From NCBI GenBank assembly GCA_963719505.1, contig CAVRCF010000002.1, positions 128,001-192,000 of the forward strand: DNA of 64,000 bases, given 5' to 3'. The stretch comes from Halobacteriovoraceae bacterium. GTDB taxonomy: Bacteria > Bdellovibrionota > Bacteriovoracia > Bacteriovoracales > Bacteriovoracaceae. The first letter of the stretch is position 1. Each line of letters opens with the position of its first letter. The position numbers and the translations under genes were made by a program. Shown here piece by piece: positions 10,470-21,529 of the stretch. The notes below the pieces were generated by a model. It searched no databases, was not told where the DNA came from, and saw nothing but the letters and a program-made list of their open reading frames with translations.

Positions 10470-11314
10470 TCGTTGAGCTGATTGAGAACTTCAGGCTTTA
10501 ACTTTAATTTTTCCTCCAAGACATACAAAACTGTCTCCATCGGAAGGCCCACATTATAAGCTTGCTCACCCTCTAGTATACGACTTTGTTGGGTCGCAAT
10601 TCCAATAACATTATTATCGTCATCTAAAATAGGTCCACCAGAATTTCCACCAAATAATGGAGCGTAGAAAAGAAACTGAGGAAGAAGGGAGCTTACTCGT
10701 CCTCTAGCTAATGTACCAATTCCAGTAGAAGAATGAATACCAAACCCTAAAGGATTTCCTATAACCATCGTTCTCATATCTTTGTCGTACTTTCGATTTT
10801 TATAAAGCTTAAGCGGAGTTTCTTTAGTTAAGCTATACCCTTTTTTATGATCCTTCATCTCAATCAAACAAAAGTCTAAAGATTTTGAGCAGTAATGAAC
10901 TTTCTCACACTTTAGCTTCTTTCCCTTTTGCTTGTCATTTAGTCTTATCGAGAAGCTCTTGCACTGGGTGGTATTTTTTCGAGAGGGAGAAAGAACGTGT
11001 TGGTTGGTTAAGATAAGATTTCCACCGACGTAAAAAGCTGTTCCATGTCCTCCTGTATCACCTGGGCTGGCCCTGAAAACAGATTGTGAAAGTTTATGAG
11101 CTCTTCTAAAAACGGACTCTGGAACCTCAAAGGAGCGGGCATTTTCGCTATAGTTTTCAGTTGATGAGTTGTACTTTAATCCTGAAACCTTTGCCATCGA
11201 GTCTTTGATTCGGACCATCGATGAGGATTCAAACTGGTGGTATTCAACTTTGGAGGGATTGATACTAAAACCAAAAACCACATTTGCTAATAGGAAAAGA
11301 ATAATAATTTTCAT
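10466..11314 (-). CDS. Secreted trypsin-like serine protease
   Basis: GTAFYV, LTNQHV, LDFCL, GNSGGP catalytic motifs; signal peptide. Confidence 0.85.
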   Translation of the reverse strand: MKIIILFLLANVVFGFSINPSKVEYHQFESSSMVRIKDSMAKVSGLKYNSSTENYSENARSFEVPESVFRRAHKLSQSVFRASPGDTGGHGTAFYVGGNLILTNQHVLSPSRKNTTQCKSFSIRLNDKQKGKKLKCEKVHYCSKSLDFCLIEMKDHKKGYSLTKETPLKLYKNRKYDKDMRTMVIGNPLGFGIHSSTGIGTLARGRVSSLLPQFLFYAPLFGGNSGGPILDDDNNVIGIATQQSRILEGEQAYNVGLPMETVLYVLEEKLKLKPEVLNQLND

Positions 11315-11404
11315 CTTTTAAGTCTAACCCAGACTTGGGATGAGATTTAATGATTTGAAAAATTTTCATTGGTGAACGGATTATTGACAGCTTATCCAAC
11401 AACC

Positions 11405-12076
11405 TCAAAGATGGATCAGGGCGATCTTATTGTCTTTGCAGTGAATAGAGTGATTCCAGGGTTTTAGCTTGCTTCTCAGGTTGGCTAGATGAACACGTAG
11501 ATTATTGTCGGAGACAATTTCCTGATAATAGGCAAAGTCTTTTAAGTCCTGTTTGTCTACTTGGTAGATGCCTGATTTTGCCAAAAACATTAAAATTTTG
11601 TATTCCGTTAAAGTCAGTTGAACCTCTTCAGAATTAATAAAAACCTGAAATGTTGAGAAATTTGCTTTAAGGTTTCCTATCGTTGCAACTTGGCTCTCTT
11701 TTGAAAAGCTTTTGATGCCCTTTGAGATCCTTAGAGAGAGCTCATCGATATCCATCGATTTATAGAGATAGTCCGAGATACTCTCTCCCAAGCCCCTAAG
11801 CGTCGTCATTTTCGACTCGTCTGAAGAGAAAAAGAAAAGCGCTATATTATCTCCCGTTGGGTGACGTTTAATTTTCTTTATGACTTCAAACCCATCCATT
11901 AGAGGCATATGAATATCGATTAAAGCGGCATCAAAAATGGTCTTAGATAGAAGGGGAAAGATTGAGTCCGGGTCACTAATAGTGATAATATTAAATTGAT
12001 CCCCCAGAACTTCTGAATAAAGGTCTAAATTGTCATGATCATCGTCTATATAGAGAATTGTGGGGTTACCATTCAT
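11405..12076 (-). CDS. OmpR-family response regulator
   Basis: IDDD, IDIHMP receiver; LTLTEYKIL...VHLANLRSKL winged helix. Confidence 0.9.
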   Translation of the reverse strand: MNGNPTILYIDDDHDNLDLYSEVLGDQFNIITISDPDSIFPLLSKTIFDAALIDIHMPLMDGFEVIKKIKRHPTGDNIALFFFSSDESKMTTLRGLGESISDYLYKSMDIDELSLRISKGIKSFSKESQVATIGNLKANFSTFQVFINSEEVQLTLTEYKILMFLAKSGIYQVDKQDLKDFAYYQEIVSDNNLRVHLANLRSKLKPWNHSIHCKDNKIALIHL

Positions 12077-12113
12077 CCGTTAAAATTACAATTGATCCAA
12101 AAAACTGTAAAGG

Positions 12114-13277
12114 TTAAAAATAGATGGCCATATTTCGGGGAGAAATTTTCTTATCAAAAATTTGAATAATCTTGGCACTCTTACCATTTTCTCTTAAATA
12201 CAAGACTCTATCCACAATAAGATAAGCCTCAATAACCCGAGCCAGGAGCGCTCTGAGGCTTCCAGCACTTATGATTAAGTCTATCTTGGGCAAGATCTCT
12301 GCGTAGAAAGCTTCAATTTCCTCAGTGGTTAGAGAGCTGGTTTGTGGTGCAAACTTTAGACAATAAGTCGAAAATGAGCCTTTATAATCAGATGTCTTAG
12401 CATTTCCCAGTGTTGTAAAGGATTGATCAAAGGATTCTAAGAGAAGAAAATGAAGAGCATATCTGTATCTTTTTACCCTTTGCTTATTTCGAAAGGATTT
12501 CTGCGTCTGCCAAGTTGATCCTTTCGCTGCACAAGTAAGAGCATGATTTGAAAGAACAAGGGGATGATCTTGTGCCAATTGGGAGATATTATATTCATCA
12601 ACGAGCTTATGGTAGCAACATCCAAGATTTAAAAGATGCGTGGGCTTTGCTTTGACAAGTGTGGTTGAAAGTGGTCCACAGCAGTGAAGACCCAAGAGCA
12701 TGCCTTGCTCATCTGGCATAATAATATCAGAAATCGTTTGGATCTTTTTATGAACAAATTGAATTTTATCTTCCAGCTGAGGTGCCCATCTAGCAATTTT
12801 TCGAGAACCAATTAATTGGTAAGCTTGGTTTTCATCCATACAAATTGAGGTTCTTTTATCATCGACAAGTGCGCTTGAGAGATGACCGGCACCACTTCCT
12901 ATGTCGACAAAGTGGTTGAGATCTTGGTCTTTGAGAAAGGCTTTTATTTGAGAGATTTCATGTCTTTTTTTCTCGGACATTTTTCTTGTGAGCTCTCCTG
13001 AAATCAGCTCCGTTGACCCCTCATAAAAATCAAAGTCTATGAGAGATTTCACTTCTTCAATAAAGTCTAAAAGCCCATCGCAGTTCATCTTTTTTGTACA
13101 ATAAGTATTTTCTATAGTGAGAAGATCATCGACGCTAAAGGTGGACAGATGTTGAATCCATTGATCGTAGGGGGCTGGAATTTTTGACTCAAATCGAGTC
13201 AGCATCTCTTGATCTACTAAGTAGTCGTGCTTTTTAAGAAAGCTTTTAATTTTAAGGAATCTCTTTTCATAGTTCAC
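12114..13277 (-). CDS. SAM-dependent methyltransferase
   Basis: KKRHEI, VDIGSGAGHL, GLHCCGPL, GCCYH, SPRN motifs. Confidence 0.8.
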   Translation of the reverse strand: MNYEKRFLKIKSFLKKHDYLVDQEMLTRFESKIPAPYDQWIQHLSTFSVDDLLTIENTYCTKKMNCDGLLDFIEEVKSLIDFDFYEGSTELISGELTRKMSEKKRHEISQIKAFLKDQDLNHFVDIGSGAGHLSSALVDDKRTSICMDENQAYQLIGSRKIARWAPQLEDKIQFVHKKIQTISDIIMPDEQGMLLGLHCCGPLSTTLVKAKPTHLLNLGCCYHKLVDEYNISQLAQDHPLVLSNHALTCAAKGSTWQTQKSFRNKQRVKRYRYALHFLLLESFDQSFTTLGNAKTSDYKGSFSTYCLKFAPQTSSLTTEEIEAFYAEILPKIDLIISAGSLRALLARVIEAYLIVDRVLYLRENGKSAKIIQIFDKKISPRNMAIYF

Positions 13278-13300
13278 AGACGCATTATATACTAATTTTT

Positions 13301-14545
13301 ATGAAGATTGCACTCATTGGTCTTGGAAGAAGTGGACTGTCTGTTTATCGTTATCTAAAAGCAAAGTCTGATTGCACGATCTACTTAGTTAATTCTGGAG
13401 AACCCGATTCTTGGGCGTGTAGCGACGAGGTTGTAGATGATCTTGAGAGGGCCTTTAGCGATAATGCCGCTATTATGGAACTTGGGGAGATGGACCAAGT
13501 TGTTTTGAGTCCAGGTATTCCAAGAGACCACCTATGTTTGACCTACGCTATTGAAAATAATATCCCCATTATCTCAGAGATTGAGTTCGCCTATATTCAT
13601 TCGGATATTCCTGTTGTCGGTATCACTGGCACCAATGGAAAGACAACCACCACCACCATGATCGGGGAGATTCTTAGCATAATTGGTTTCTCTGCTTTTA
13701 TTGGGGGAAATATTGGAATACCTTATTCAGATCTTCTTTTAGAAAAGAAAAAATATGATATTGCCGTTATTGAACTTTCAAGTTTTCAACTGGAGAGTAT
13801 TAAAACATTTAGACCCCAAATTTCTCTCTTATTAAATATTTCAGATAATCATACAGAAAGGTACAGCGCCTTCGACGATTATAAAAAAGCCAAAGAGCGA
13901 ATTTTTCTTAATCAAAAAAGTGATGATGTCGCTATCGTTAATACTGTTGAGAAGAGGAAACCCAGAGAAATAAAAATCGAACCCCTCACAGGCTTTGATT
14001 TTTCTAAATCTAAACTGGTTGGATTCCATAATAAACTCAACTTCTTTTGTGCCTATACTGTGGCCAGTATATTAGCGAAAAGAGATATCACGAAAGAGTT
14101 TCAAGAATTTATCAACGAATTTACAGGCGTGAGTTTTAGACTCCAGTTTATTTGTGAGAAAAAAGGACTCCTTTTTTATAATGATGCTAAAAGCACAAAC
14201 ACTGATGCGACCTTGAGTGCGGTCAATGCCTTTAAAGATAAGGGAGAGTTAAGTGTCATCATAGGAGGGAAACTTCGAGATAAAAAGATATCAATTCAAA
14301 AAGATATTGATTTTTCTCTTTTTAAAAATGTGTATCTTCTAGGAGAGGCGAGAACTCTTTTAGATGAAAAAATAAAATCTAAAAATAAAAAATCCTTTGA
14401 GACTCTGGAGATGGTGTTTGAAGATTTGAAAAAGAATAAAGAAGAAGGAATCGTTGTTTTTTCTCCAGGCTTTCCCTCTTTTGATCAGTACAAAAACTAT
14501 GAACATAGAGGGCAGCATTTTAATAAGCTTTGTGACTCTTATTAA
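13301..14545 (+). CDS. murD: UDP-N-acetylmuramoyl-L-alanine--D-glutamate ligase
   Basis: GLGRSG, SPGIP, GITGTNGKTTT, ELSSFQLE, NDAKSTN, SFDQY. Confidence 0.95.
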   Translation: MKIALIGLGRSGLSVYRYLKAKSDCTIYLVNSGEPDSWACSDEVVDDLERAFSDNAAIMELGEMDQVVLSPGIPRDHLCLTYAIENNIPIISEIEFAYIHSDIPVVGITGTNGKTTTTTMIGEILSIIGFSAFIGGNIGIPYSDLLLEKKKYDIAVIELSSFQLESIKTFRPQISLLLNISDNHTERYSAFDDYKKAKERIFLNQKSDDVAIVNTVEKRKPREIKIEPLTGFDFSKSKLVGFHNKLNFFCAYTVASILAKRDITKEFQEFINEFTGVSFRLQFICEKKGLLFYNDAKSTNTDATLSAVNAFKDKGELSVIIGGKLRDKKISIQKDIDFSLFKNVYLLGEARTLLDEKIKSKNKKSFETLEMVFEDLKKNKEEGIVVFSPGFPSFDQYKNYEHRGQHFNKLCDSY

Positions 14546-15681
14546 AGAGATTGATTTATTATGGGCATGACCTTTTCAATATCACTTTTATCCAGGTACA
14601 TTCCAAAGCCAAAACGCAGCCGATTATTCCTATAATCAGTGAGAATATTATTATCCTCTAGAGTTTTGTGTAGGCTCTTTGCTGCATCAGCATTTTCAAG
14701 CTCAAGAGTTAAAAAATGTCCCATCTGCTTAAGGTTTGAAGCCAAGAGTAACTCTTTGTGTTCAAAGTTATCCATGAACAATTGCATAAGAGATTTTATA
14801 TACTGGTCAATCTTTTTCACGTTTAAATTTTCTTGCTGAAAAAGATCCCAAACAAAGTTAAAGCGATACCAAGGAGTGAGGTCTTGAGTTGCTCCCCAAA
14901 AAGCCATTCCATCTTCTGAGTAGTGAACGTGGTCAGTTTGTTTTTCAAGGGTTTCAAAGCTTGCAAACCATCCCGTGAGAACGGGTCTGAGGTTGTACTT
15001 TTTAGGAATTGTCATAAAGCACGCGCCTTCACCGGCTTGAGCGTATTTATAACCACCAGAGATGTAGAAGACATCCTCTTCGATGGAGCTTAGATCCGTT
15101 TCAATGGCACAAAAACCATGATAACCATCCAGACAAAAGAGAGTCTCATCACTTTTTATTTTGATAATTTTTTCAATAAAAGACAAGTCGAGAACTTTTC
15201 CGGAATTGTAAAAGACATGACTTATAAAGATAAGATTCGCTTTGGGAATAGACTCTAGAAATTCGTTTTCAAAATTATCAGCTTCGTTATCAATAATGAT
15301 GGCCTTGACTTTTTTTGTTTCCAACAGCCTCTTTAACTGGCGACTCATGGAATGAAATTCTGAACTTGTCGTTAATATTGTCAAAGCCTCTTTTTCTAAA
15401 AAGACCGATAGCAGTCGGCAAATAAGCTCGTGAGTATTTGGTGCAAAGGCGATTTGAGAGGGAGTTGAATAATTTAATATTTTAGCAATATGATTCTGAG
15501 CTTTGGGAACAACAGTGGAGAAAAGGTGACCCCATTTTTTGTCTGTATACTTCGCCGTATCTTCCCAAGACTTCACCACAGCATCTTTCGTTACATCAGG
15601 CCAATAGTGGTGACTGTGGGCACTTAGGTGGACTGATTTTTCATTGAGCTTTAAAAATTCTTTATAAAAGTGTTTGTACAT
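14542..15681 (-). CDS. kynU: Kynureninase-like PLP-dependent class V aminotransferase-fold enzyme
   Basis: DGYH, GGYKY PLP-lysine motif, GWFA; directly abuts tryptophan dioxygenase. Confidence 0.7.
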   Translation of the reverse strand: MYKHFYKEFLKLNEKSVHLSAHSHHYWPDVTKDAVVKSWEDTAKYTDKKWGHLFSTVVPKAQNHIAKILNYSTPSQIAFAPNTHELICRLLSVFLEKEALTILTTSSEFHSMSRQLKRLLETKKVKAIIIDNEADNFENEFLESIPKANLIFISHVFYNSGKVLDLSFIEKIIKIKSDETLFCLDGYHGFCAIETDLSSIEEDVFYISGGYKYAQAGEGACFMTIPKKYNLRPVLTGWFASFETLEKQTDHVHYSEDGMAFWGATQDLTPWYRFNFVWDLFQQENLNVKKIDQYIKSLMQLFMDNFEHKELLLASNLKQMGHFLTLELENADAAKSLHKTLEDNNILTDYRNNRLRFGFGMYLDKSDIEKVMPIINQSL

Positions 15682-16767
15682 TTAAACCTCAAAGACAAAA
15701 CCAAGTTCTCTTCGAATTTCTTCAGGAAGATCTGGTATTTTTTGTTCCGGTATTAGGAAAGTGGCAAGATCAAAAAGGTCAGTAAAGATTCGATTATTAT
15801 CAGCTGCTTTTTTAAGATACTCATGTCCTGATGATCCACCTGTTCCAATTTTAGTTCCCAGTAGTCTATGGGCCATAATGGAGTGTTGGTAGCGCCATGT
15901 GGTAAACATCTCATCAATATCGATGAGATGATTCATCAATTGATAGGGCAATTGTAATATGGGCTCATTTCGAAAGAGATTGATAAAAATGGCAGAGAGC
16001 TTGGCTTCTCTGGTCATTCTCACACTTCCTTCATCGTAAAGTTTTTGATAAGCATCCTTGTCCAAAAGAGTGTGGTAATTCACTCTTGTGCTCTCAAGGT
16101 TTTTCATTTCAAACTCAAGTTCTCTAGGGTGGAGAGTAATATTTTGTTCAATAATTTTTCTATCATCATCAAGCATTCCGTTGACGGCTGACATATACTC
16201 TTGCCAAAAATCAAAGCCTTTCATATTGGCAAAAGGCATTCTTGACAGCCACTTATCCACAAGTTCAAAAAGCGTTGGCTCTTTCTCAAGGTTTTGCAAA
16301 AGCTCTCGATCTTCGGGTTTTAGTCTTGAATTAAAAAATTCTTTAGCCATTCCAATTCGATATTTTTCACGCAGGCCAAGTCTTAACTCGATAATACGAA
16401 ATTGAATGGACTGAAATCCTGAGGCAGGAGTGAGGTAATCTCTGAACTTCATAAAGTCCAAAGGAGTCATGGTCTCAATTATTTTGAGTTGATTATTAAG
16501 AACTCTTTGGATCTCGACGATCCTATTGAGTCTAAGGTTCACGGTGCTTAGGTCTGTGGGTTTTACTTTCTCATTATTAAAGATGGCATAGATGGAATCG
16601 ATTTCATGAATAATTTGTTTGAACCAAAGTTCATAGGCTTGGTGAATGATAATAAAAAGTGTCTCATCATGGGCCTCTGATCCGTGTTCTTTACTCTTTG
16701 GGTTTTGAGCTCCAAGGATCTTTTCAAGTTCTAGGTATTCGCCGTAATATATTGGTTTATGTTTCAT
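15682..16767 (-). CDS. kynA: Tryptophan 2,3-dioxygenase (long form)
   Basis: HDETLFIIIHQAYELWFKQ, PASGFQSIQFR, GTGGSSG. Confidence 0.95.
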   Translation of the reverse strand: MKHKPIYYGEYLELEKILGAQNPKSKEHGSEAHDETLFIIIHQAYELWFKQIIHEIDSIYAIFNNEKVKPTDLSTVNLRLNRIVEIQRVLNNQLKIIETMTPLDFMKFRDYLTPASGFQSIQFRIIELRLGLREKYRIGMAKEFFNSRLKPEDRELLQNLEKEPTLFELVDKWLSRMPFANMKGFDFWQEYMSAVNGMLDDDRKIIEQNITLHPRELEFEMKNLESTRVNYHTLLDKDAYQKLYDEGSVRMTREAKLSAIFINLFRNEPILQLPYQLMNHLIDIDEMFTTWRYQHSIMAHRLLGTKIGTGGSSGHEYLKKAADNNRIFTDLFDLATFLIPEQKIPDLPEEIRRELGFVFEV

Positions 16768-16865
16768 TAGATAATCTCCAGATGCTGCACTTATTAGATC
16801 GTCTTACTTTTAATTTGTCGAATTTTGCGGTATTTTAAAGTTAATTTGACGCAAAAGGATGCACC

Positions 16866-18618
16866 ATGGCAAGCTCATTCGAAATAGACAAGTCTACAGT
16901 TAAAAAAAATATTAACGCTCTTCAAAAGTTTATTCAAGATCAGAATCTAGAGGCTTTTTACATCTCTAGTTTCGATGAGTATCTCAATGAATATGTTCCC
17001 ATGGAAGACTGTCATCGTTTTTATATCACTGGTTTTTCAGGCTCCGTGGCAAGTGTGCTCGTTCCCAAGCAAGGCAAAGTAAAGTTATACGTGGATGGAA
17101 GATATCACGAGCAAGCCGATGACGAGGTGGATTTATCACTGGTTGAGGTTGTTAAGCTTAAGGGTTCTCAGGGGCTTTTTAATACGGTTATAGAAGATAT
17201 CAAAAAATTACAAATAAACTCCATAGGTATTGAGGGAGAGAGAACCAGTAGTAAGTTTTTTGAAGAACTTAGGCTCGCGACTAAAGTGACCTCTTTTAAC
17301 CAAAAAGAACTGTCAAATATTATTGATTTTAAAGAAATGCCAAAACTTAATCCCATCACTTTTGAAGCACGAGAAAACAGAGGACCAGACACGATTGAGA
17401 AGTTAAAAAGAGTTATTCATTCTCCAAGCGAAGCCTACTTCGTCACTGCGATAGACTCACTTGCTTGGATTACAAACTGTCGAGGATATCATCTTCCGTA
17501 TCTTTCAAGCTTTTTAGGAAGAGGCTTTGTCACTCATGATAAAGTGTATGTGTTCATCGATGAAAAAACTCCGGTCTCTAGTGAGGCGATGGAGATAGAG
17601 GGAGTTGAGTTCTTTAAGAGCGTCGACTTTGAAAATTGAAAACAGTCTCAAGTCAATCGCCAACAGCTATACTCTGACCAAAGTAAATTATGATCCTTCG
17701 ATGCTCAATTCATCAGACTATTTAATGCTTAAAAATGTTTTTTCAGGTTCTGTTCTTACGCAAAAACCTGGAGGCTTAGTTGAGTTTCAGGCCATAAAGG
17801 ATGAGGAAGAAATTGCTATCATGACTCGCAATTTTACCAAATCGGACAAGGCGATCTATAAGACAATAAAATGGACAAAAGATGCCGTCGCCTCAAAAAA
17901 GAAAATTTCAGAAAGAGATGTCTATGATCAAACGTCTTTGGAATATAAAAAACAAGGATCTGTGACACAAAGTTTTAATACCATCTCGGGTGTTGGACCA
18001 AACGGCTCCATTATGCATTACGGAAACCCAAAATCCGATCTTTTTATCAAAGAAAATGATATGATTCTTCTCGATAGTGGTGGATACTTTGCTGGTGGAT
18101 TTGCTACCGACACCACGAGGACATTTATGGCCAGTAGTGCGCAGCCTGATCCTGAATACAAAAGAATTTTTACTCTGGTACTAAAAGGAGTTTTGCAGTG
18201 TCAAAATGCAATTTTTCCAGAGGGAGTAACAGGGGCAACAGTTGATGCCTTTGCTAGAAAACCTCTTTTTGATGCTGGATTTAATTTCGCTCACGGCACC
18301 GGTCACGGTGTGGGAATTAATGTTCATGAAGGTGGGGCAAGGATTAGTCCTGTCACTGATATAGAAATGAAAGCGGGACAAGTTGTCTCTATTGAACCGG
18401 GAATTTACATCCCTGGTTTTGGAGGCGTAAGAATTGAAAATATTGCTGTGGTTGAAAAGCATCAAGACATTGAGGGCTTTCTTAGGTTTAGATCATTAGT
18501 CTATATTGGATACGAACCAACACTGATTGATGAGTCCCTTCTTACTGAGCAAGAAAAAAAGTGGTTAGATGATTATGAAAATGAATGTAGCAAACGCGCA
18601 ACAAGCTTTAGAGGTTAA
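16866..18618 (+). CDS. Xaa-Pro aminopeptidase (M24B), frameshifted near 17633
   Basis: N-half SSFDEYLNEY...TGFSGS...DGRY; C-half DSGG..TDTTRT, HGTGHGVG, EPG, RIE; frames offset by one base at GAAAATTGA. Confidence 0.9.
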
Positions 18619-18620
18619 AA

Positions 18621-19751
18621 ATGTTTGATAAATTAGAGATTCCTAATAACTTAACACCTTCAGATCCAAGATTTGGAGTTGGACCTTCTAAGATTCCAAC
18701 GGCCTTTATAAAAAGTCTTCTCGATACCGGTTCTGAATTACTGGGGAACTCTCATCGAAAGCCTGCGGTTGTAGCGCTGGTTAAAGAGATCCACGAAGGT
18801 TTTAGAGAGTACTTTAAGCTACCAGAGGATTTTGAAATTATTATTGGAAATGGTGGGGCAACTTTTTTCTTTGATATGATTGCTCTTGGACTTGTTGAGA
18901 AAGCTTCTGTGCATTTCACAACAGGAGAGTTTTCAACGAAATGGTTTAAAGCCCACGCCAAGGTTCCTTGGATACATGCAACTCAAAAAAGTTGTGAACA
19001 AGGCTCTGGGATGAATCCAACGATCATTGAAGGGCATGATATGATTTGTGCGACTCTAAATGAAACATCAACAGGAGTCCTGATAGACTCCATTCCTGAT
19101 GTCACAGAATCAAAGACTCTTTTGGCCGTTGATGCTACATCTGGAGCGGGACAAGTTCCCATCGATATTTCAAAGGTTGATTGCTATTTCTTTTCACCTC
19201 AAAAAGTTTTTGCTGGGGAGGGGGGACTCTATTTTGCCTTTCTTTCGCCTAAAGCCGTTAAAAGAGCTTTAAAAATAAATGATACCAGTCGCTATATTCC
19301 AGAGATTATGAATTGGAAGTATGCGATAAAAAATGGAAAAGATTTTCAAACATATAATACTCCTTCTATTACCAATCTTTTTTACGTCAACGAGCAGCTT
19401 AAGGTATTAAATAAGTTGGGAGAGAAAAAAGTTGTTGAGGAAGCCAGAAGAAAAGCTGATTTTATTTATAAATGGGCCGAAGGCAAAAAGTATTTGTCAC
19501 CGTATGTTAGTAATGAAAAGTTTAGATCAATCTCGGTTGCAACGATTGACATAGACGAAAAATACAATGCTTATGATCTTGCAGATAAACTTAGGCAGTT
19601 AAATATCGTCTACGATATTGAAGGTTATAGAAAGCTTGAGAGGAATCAGCTTCGTATTTCACTTTTTCATAATGTTGACTATGAGGATTTGGTAAAACTC
19701 ACAGAGATTATCTCTTTTGCGATTGAGTCTTCTCCAGGATTTGAAAAATAA
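18621..19751 (+). CDS. serC: Phosphoserine aminotransferase (actinobacterial-type)
   Basis: PSDPRFGVGPSK, SHRK, NETSTG, DATSGAG, SPQK, QTYNTP, YRKL.RNQLR. Confidence 0.85.
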   Translation: MFDKLEIPNNLTPSDPRFGVGPSKIPTAFIKSLLDTGSELLGNSHRKPAVVALVKEIHEGFREYFKLPEDFEIIIGNGGATFFFDMIALGLVEKASVHFTTGEFSTKWFKAHAKVPWIHATQKSCEQGSGMNPTIIEGHDMICATLNETSTGVLIDSIPDVTESKTLLAVDATSGAGQVPIDISKVDCYFFSPQKVFAGEGGLYFAFLSPKAVKRALKINDTSRYIPEIMNWKYAIKNGKDFQTYNTPSITNLFYVNEQLKVLNKLGEKKVVEEARRKADFIYKWAEGKKYLSPYVSNEKFRSISVATIDIDEKYNAYDLADKLRQLNIVYDIEGYRKLERNQLRISLFHNVDYEDLVKLTEIISFAIESSPGFEK

Positions 19752-19761
19752 AAGAGGAAAA

Positions 19762-20922
19762 TTAGCGCTTTTGCTTTTTCCCCGTATTTCCATCATTCTT
19801 TTGGTAACCACCTAAAAACTCTTCTTTAAACTCTAAGAAGCGGTCTTGTAAGATTGCTTCGCGTGCTCTATCGGCAAGAGACTTGTAAAAAGAGATATTG
19901 TGTTCAGTCGCCAGTATCTGTCCCAAGATTTCATTTGAATCAAATAAGTGCTTAACATAGGCACGGGTAAAGTTTCTATTCACATAATCATCGAGATTGG
20001 GCTCAATTGGAAAGAAGTCTCTTCGGTAATTTTTATGGGTGATTCTTATTTTTCCCCTGTTGGTGAAAAGAGTTCCACCGCGAGCAAACTTTGTTGGGAT
20101 AATACAGTCACTCATGTCGACCCCATTTTCCCAAATCATCATAAGATCCTCAGGCATACCAACACCCATAACATAACGAGGCTTATCTTTTGGCATTAAA
20201 GGAGCAGTGAACTTCACGGCTTTTTCCATTAACTCTGGGCCTTCGCCTACTGAAACTCCACCAATGGCGTAGCCAGGAAGATTTCTTTTAACGACTTCTT
20301 CGAGACACTCCGACCTAAACTCATCATAAGTCGAGCCTTGAATGATACCAAAAAGAGCTTGGTTTGGATTATCCCAGGCATCAATACAGCGATCGAGCCA
20401 ACGATGAGTTCTATCGATTGATTTTTTTACATATTTTTTATCAGCTGGGTAGGGGATGCATTCGTCAAAGGCCATCATAATATCCGAGCCGAGATTTTGT
20501 TGAATACCAATACTTGTCTCTGGTGTCAGTAGAATATCTTTGCCGCTTGGATCTTTGAATGAACTTCCCTCTTCTGTTATTGAGTTTCCTTGAAGAGAAA
20601 AAACTTGAAATCCACCAGAGTCGGTAAGGATTGGGCGGTCCCAGCCCATAAACTTATGGAGCCCACCAGCTTTTTTTACCAGATCAGAACCTGGAGTGAG
20701 GTGAAGGTGATAAGTATTGGATAGAATAATAGGAACATCCATATCCTTAAGTTGGCGCGGCTGAAGTGCTTTAATGGCACCGTGAGTTCCAACGGGCATA
20801 AAAACGGGAGTTGGAATTTGGCCGTGGGGTGTATGAATGATTCCTGCACGAGCCCCACAATTTTTGTCTGTGTGGACAAGTTCAAACCTAAAATTATCAT
20901 TAATTGCTTCTCTAATATCCAC
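19762..20922 (-). CDS. tgt: tRNA-guanine transglycosylase
   Basis: TPVFMPVGT, NTYHL, TDSGGFQ, FGIIQG, YVMGVG. Confidence 0.95.
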   Translation of the reverse strand: MDIREAINDNFRFELVHTDKNCGARAGIIHTPHGQIPTPVFMPVGTHGAIKALQPRQLKDMDVPIILSNTYHLHLTPGSDLVKKAGGLHKFMGWDRPILTDSGGFQVFSLQGNSITEEGSSFKDPSGKDILLTPETSIGIQQNLGSDIMMAFDECIPYPADKKYVKKSIDRTHRWLDRCIDAWDNPNQALFGIIQGSTYDEFRSECLEEVVKRNLPGYAIGGVSVGEGPELMEKAVKFTAPLMPKDKPRYVMGVGMPEDLMMIWENGVDMSDCIIPTKFARGGTLFTNRGKIRITHKNYRRDFFPIEPNLDDYVNRNFTRAYVKHLFDSNEILGQILATEHNISFYKSLADRAREAILQDRFLEFKEEFLGGYQKNDGNTGKKQKR

Positions 20923-20986
20923 GACTTACAGCTCCCAAGGTATGCATTCAAATTGTAAGTGAATTTATGGCCTATGGAGGAGTTAT

Positions 20987-21529
20987 ATGCAAGTTTTTAA
21001 GACCTTATCAGAAAATTTTATAACACCTCAACTTCTACTCTTTCTTCTTGTGATACCTCCTCTCTCAATTGGTATGGCTCCTCCAAGGCCACTTCTTGAC
21101 TACGAATGTGTGCGAGTTATCGATGGCGACACTGTCGTTTTAAAAAGAAGAGGACATTTTTCTACGGTAAGACTCTCAAATATTGATGCCCCAGAGTCAA
21201 AGCAGAAGAGTCTTGATGGTGTTCCTATTGGAGAGGCTTCCACAAAGAATCTAATACAACTTATTGAGGGGAGAGTTGTTCAGTTGAAAATTGAAGGAAA
21301 GGATATCTATCAAAGAAAGATTGGAGAGATCTTTTATCGTGGAGAGTCTATAAATCTCTCTATGGTAAAAAGTGGGTTTGCGACCAGTTATCCTTCAAAG
21401 TCTTTATTTGTTTTTCGTCAGGCTGAGTCTTTGGCAAAAAGAAAAAGACTTGGTATTTGGAAAAGTGAGGGGTTTTTGTCTCCTAAATCCTTTAGACAAT
21501 TAAGCCGGAGAAAGAATAACCTTAAATGA
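20987..21529 (+). CDS. Thermonuclease (SNase) family protein
   Basis: RVIDGDT, VRLSNIDAPE, DIYQR, GIW. Confidence 0.9.
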   Translation: MQVFKTLSENFITPQLLLFLLVIPPLSIGMAPPRPLLDYECVRVIDGDTVVLKRRGHFSTVRLSNIDAPESKQKSLDGVPIGEASTKNLIQLIEGRVVQLKIEGKDIYQRKIGEIFYRGESINLSMVKSGFATSYPSKSLFVFRQAESLAKRKRLGIWKSEGFLSPKSFRQLSRRKNNLK

